DNA of 53,472 bases, taken from Octopus bimaculoides. Taxonomy: Eukaryota. Positions 49,540 to 53,472 of this stretch are shown here, in pieces. Position 1 is the first letter of the stretch. Each line of letters starts with the position of its first letter. The translations under genes and the position numbers were made by a program. The DNA lies in NCBI RefSeq assembly GCF_001194135.2, contig NC_068985.1:50661435-50714906 (forward strand), written 5' to 3'. The notes beneath the pieces are model-generated. The model saw only the letters and a list, made by a program, of their open reading frames with translations. It made no database searches and was not told the DNA's origin.

Positions 49540-52500
49540 GTTGTTGTTTCGTTAATGCACAATGGATTAAACTGTTGGAAAAAATTAATCATATTGACTA
49601 CAAAAACTGACCTTAGACGACAAGAAACTTCCTAAGTATCTCAACTGTCCGTAAGAATGCTGTTTTCTGGAGCTGCACTAAACTAGGTTTTATACCTATT
49701 TCCTCAATCCATCTGTTCAAATTTTTAGAGTTAGTTCCTAATGCACCTACAACTTAAAGGTATATATTTTACCCGCACTTTTCTGTATCACAATGGCTCG
49801 GTCCTGGAACTTGACTATTTTCTTTATGCCTCTCATATTGAGTTTCTCATCATTTGGGACTGTAAAGTCAATTAACTGACATTTTCTATCCTCTTTGTTT
49901 ACAACTAAATTAGGCCTTCTAGTTTCTGTTACTCAATCAGTCTGAATTCTAAAATACCACGTCTTATATTTTTTTATTTTCTAACACGTTCATGCTCATA
50001 CTATACATATCCTAGCTTTCCAGTGGATTATTTTCCCTAGGTCGTCATGTTTTTTTCTTGTATTCTTGTTACATTCACTTACTATATGTGTAACACGCTC
50101 CTCTTTTGACTTACATAACTTACATTGGGAATCTATTTGTTTTTTGTCTATTTTGGCTTTTATCCAATTAGTTCTCAACGCTTGATCTTGAGTTGCTACT
50201 AACAAACTTTCTCTCTCCCTTTTCAGCCTTCCTTTCTACGACCATAACCATGTTTCACTATTACTATTTCTTGCAGCTATCTTTGGGAATCTACCATGCA
50301 AAGCTTTCTCTTGCCAGTCACATAATCTTTCTTCTTTTTTCTGGTTTTTAACTTCGAGCAGCTCTTAATAAACTTTCTTCACTCGTGCGTATATAGGAGT
50401 CTATATCTGCTCTAGCTAATTCCACGCAGTCTTCTACTGATATTAACACTGTACCGCTTTCCTTTCTAAGTAAGTACAATGTTGCTACTCCTGCTCTTGG
50501 GTGAAGTCCTCCATTCATATTGAATTCCTTCCTAGATTTTCTATTTAGATTTGCTTATTCAGATTTCGTCCAATCTACAAAAGCTGCTGAATATTTAAGT
50601 AGTGATATTGCCCAAGTAATTACAGCCTTCACTAGATTCGGACCATTTAGCTTTGACTTCATTAGCTTCCTCATCCTTTTGATGTACTCCTCAAATTTCG
50701 CTTTCATTTCTATAGTTAGTACTCTGTCAGATTCTAATACTCCTAATGTCTGACTATCTGGTAATTAGATGCATTCACTGCTGACTACCAGTCCCTTTTT
50801 TATGATCATTATTGCACACTTATCTATGCCAAATTTCATAGCTATATCTTTACTGAAGAGTCTTACAGTTTGTAATAAAGAATTAATCTCTTTTTTTAAT
50901 TTTTACTAAACTGCTTCAGATGTAGAGCAAATGATTAATTTTTCCCTTACTATATCTAAACTGATAATCTGCCTTTGCCTTTTTTAATATTAAACTGAGA
51001 AGGATTAAGCATAACACAAATATTAAAGGGGATAACTAGTTTCACAGGAAAGTTTCTCTCTCGATATTAACTTTCTCTAAGGTTATGTCACTTGAGTGGA
51101 GATCCACTTCCCATTTTTTCATGCTAAAGATAATTAATTCTCTGCAATACTGAATGAACTCAAATATTCACTTATCCATGAGTGGAATCATGTCATAGAC
51201 TTTCTTATAATGCATCCATGCTACTGTTAAATTTTTCTTTCTACTTTTAGAACTGCTTTGTCTACGTATAATAGATCATGTATTCCTCAAGCAAATTTTC
51301 TGTTCTGGCAGTAAATTCTAGCTTGTTTTAGGTGCTCGTAAACGCTTTCTGAGAGCATTCCTATTAACAGCTTCCACGCTAATGGTAAGCAAGTGGTTGG
51401 TCTATAATTACCAGCTATATTACTCTTATGTCTTTCATAAGGAGTACTCTTCTCCCTCTAGTCATCCAATCAGATATAACTCCCTCATTCAGGCAATCCT
51501 GAAGTTGTTCCCTCAGTCTCTCATGTAAGTTACTAAACTTCTTTAACCAGTGTCTTTGAATTAAATCTGATCCTGAGCCCTTCCAATTCGGCATTTTTCC
51601 TAACACTTTTCTCATTAATGCGCTATTTATTTTTAGATCTGATTGCTTCTCACTAACTACGTCTTCCCTCACTTTCTCTAACTATGCTACATCTCCATCG
51701 ATTGATTGGCTTATCCCAAATATTACTCCAGAACTTTCTTGCTGCTTCTGAATTAGGTTTCGCGTCTTCAGTACTTTCTCCTCACTATTTATTTGGCTGT
51801 AAAATATCCTGTGGTCTGTCTCAAAGAAACTGATCTATTCTTTTCTGATATCTGGAAAGCTTACTTGCAATTGCTATAATACAGTACCAACTTTTCCATG
51901 ACGATCTAAAATCCTTTCTTTTTGACTAAGTATTTTTTTCTGAAGGGAAGATTTAAATCTTGTGTTTCCCAACTTGTTCAGTTTCCAGGCTTCTATTCTA
52001 CTCAGATCTTGTCTTAAAGTCTTCACTTTATTTTCTAATCTCCTCCATATTTGTTCCTTCCTAATCTTTTCTTGAAGAATACCTAATCTTCCAGTAACTA
52101 CTACCCCTTCTGCATAGATCAATAAGTTAGTGAAACCTATATCTTTTAGTATCTATCCTGCTAACAGAATCTTTCCTAGTCATATCTAGCAACTTCCTTC
52201 TATTGACACCTTTTAACGCTGGTAATCTTTTTCTTTCTTCATTACCCATTGCTTCTTGCTACTCAACTAAAATCTGATTTTTCTCACTTAAGTCGTTTAA
52301 GTCGCAGATGCCAGTTGTCCTTTTCTGATTGGTAATACTATTATTACTATTTTTTCCTTTGGGTTCTTCTTTGGTTTGAACTATATCTCTGTTGTTGTTT
52401 GGCTTTTATACAGCCTTGCCCTTCTTTTCCAGTTCTCTTATGATCTCTTCCCCCTCCAATTCTGTCATCCACTTACTTCTCCTAATAGCATTAGGCTGGT

Positions 52501-52830
52501 CTACTAGTCTCTGCTCAGTCACTTTAAACATGCCTTTCTTTACCCAAAGTGTCAACATCTGTTTTCTGTACCCCCTTTTAGGTTCACTTTCTAAGTAACA
52601 CTGCATCACTATCCGATTTTCTTTACTGATCCATTTCCTTCTCCTTACTCTGTTATCTGCTGATGCTGTCTCAGAATAACAGCTGTGGTCATTCTGCATC
52701 TGTACTGAACCACTGCCGAACGAGAGGCCTTCCCCTAAAGGTCCAGCATCATTTTCACTGTTACCCCCAGAGTTTCTATATGTAAAGTCATGGCTCTCAT
52801 AAACCGAGGCAAGGTAATATTCGTCACCAC
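49540..52830 (-). mobile_element. Decayed near-full-length R4/Dong-like non-LTR retrotransposon (RT + restriction-like endonuclease)
   Basis: Minus-strand fragments in the expected order: N-terminal RRKWISKENRIVMQCYLESEPKRGYRKQM, KMPNWKGSGSDLIQRHWLKKF..DWMTRGRRVLLMKD, NYRPTTCLPLAWKLL, INHLLY, CCHC knuckle CKLCKSKEERVTHIVSEC, RRPNLVV..LIDF, VVGALGT..LQKTAFL..ILRKFLVV-stop (49615-49613). Many stops and frameshifts. (AAC/AAT)n tail. Confidence 0.88.
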
Positions 52831-52909
52831 CATCATCTCCACTATTATTATTATTATTATTAATTATGATTATTATTATTATTATTATGATCATTATTAT
52901 CATTATTAC

Positions 52910-53290
52910 TACCTGTCTGATAAGGGTACACCAGGCACATACATCACAATCATATGTGCACGACATGGTGATCTCATATCAAGATTAACAGCGCATGACC
53001 TTGCAAGTGGAGCCTACTTAGAATTTTTCTTCAGTCGAGTACCATCCCGCTCAAAAGGTCCTTGAATAAGGATTGCTTAAGGATGTTGAACAAAACACCC
53101 ATGTTTCCAGAGGTGAATTATATCCAAACCCCAAAGAATTCCTCTCAGCACATGGCTATGATGCTCTCCCACTACTTCTGCTCGTGATCAGAGATGCACA
53201 TATCGTCAGCCACTAAGGGACATGTTCAACTGGTTAAGGTTAAACAACTGACAAGTAAATTTGTGGTATTGAGCAGAATATTTGCTGTAG
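52910..53290 (-). repeat. Unclassified (AAT)n-tailed retroposon, copy 2
   Basis: Homologous to 17528-17772 and longer on the 5' side. Sits in the ATT-rich tract at the 5' end of the Dong-like element. Confidence 0.7.
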
Positions 53291-53292
53291 CG

Positions 53293-53465
53293 CAGGTGGC
53301 GAGCTGGTAGAGTCATTAGCACGCCGAGAAAAATGCCGCCGAGGTCGACTTTGTCCATCATCCATTCGAGGTCGATGAAATGAGTACCAGTTGAGTACAA
53401 AGGTCGATGTTATCGGCTAGCTCCGCCCTCAAAATTTCAAGCTTTGCACCTACAATAGAAAGAAT
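53293..53465 (+). mobile_element. SINE family A, internally deleted
   Basis: GGCGAGCTGGTAGAGTCATTAGCACGCCG...AAAATGC joined to CGCCGAGGTCGAC. 3' end CTACAATAGAAAG, then ATT tail. Confidence 0.8.
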
Positions 53466-53472
53466 TATTATT

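Overview
Eukaryotic, AT-rich, microsatellite-dense draft-assembly DNA with nine N gaps. The repeat content looks like a coleoid cephalopod, probably Octopus; this is recognition from memory, not a database match. The only host gene I can support is a two-exon scratch (Snail-superfamily C2H2 repressor) on the minus strand. Exon 1 CDS is 40945-40783 (SNAG motif MPRSFLVKK) and exon 2 is 5862-5117 (Scratch motif plus five zinc fingers). They are joined in phase 1 across a ~34.9 kb GT-AG intron, giving 302 aa. The rest is the intron and flanks. These hold a Chapaev3-like DNA transposon deletion derivative with TTA TSD, a 127-bp mariner-type MITE, a decayed near-full-length R4/Dong-like retrotransposon, Dong-like and HERO/NeSL-like 3' fragments, about a dozen tRNA-derived SINE copies, two unclassified dispersed repeat families and many simple repeats. 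The most notable unannotated signals are (1) a type I hammerhead ribozyme motif with an intact catalytic core in the sense strand of the scratch intron (17850-17787), (2) retroelements nested in (ATT)n/(AAT)n tracts with a consistent family-specific polarity, and (3) an (LQN[G/S/T])x6 coding repeat in Scratch. Nearly all entries in the ORF track are microsatellite or gap artefacts. No prokaryotic-type system (CRISPR, operon) is visible.
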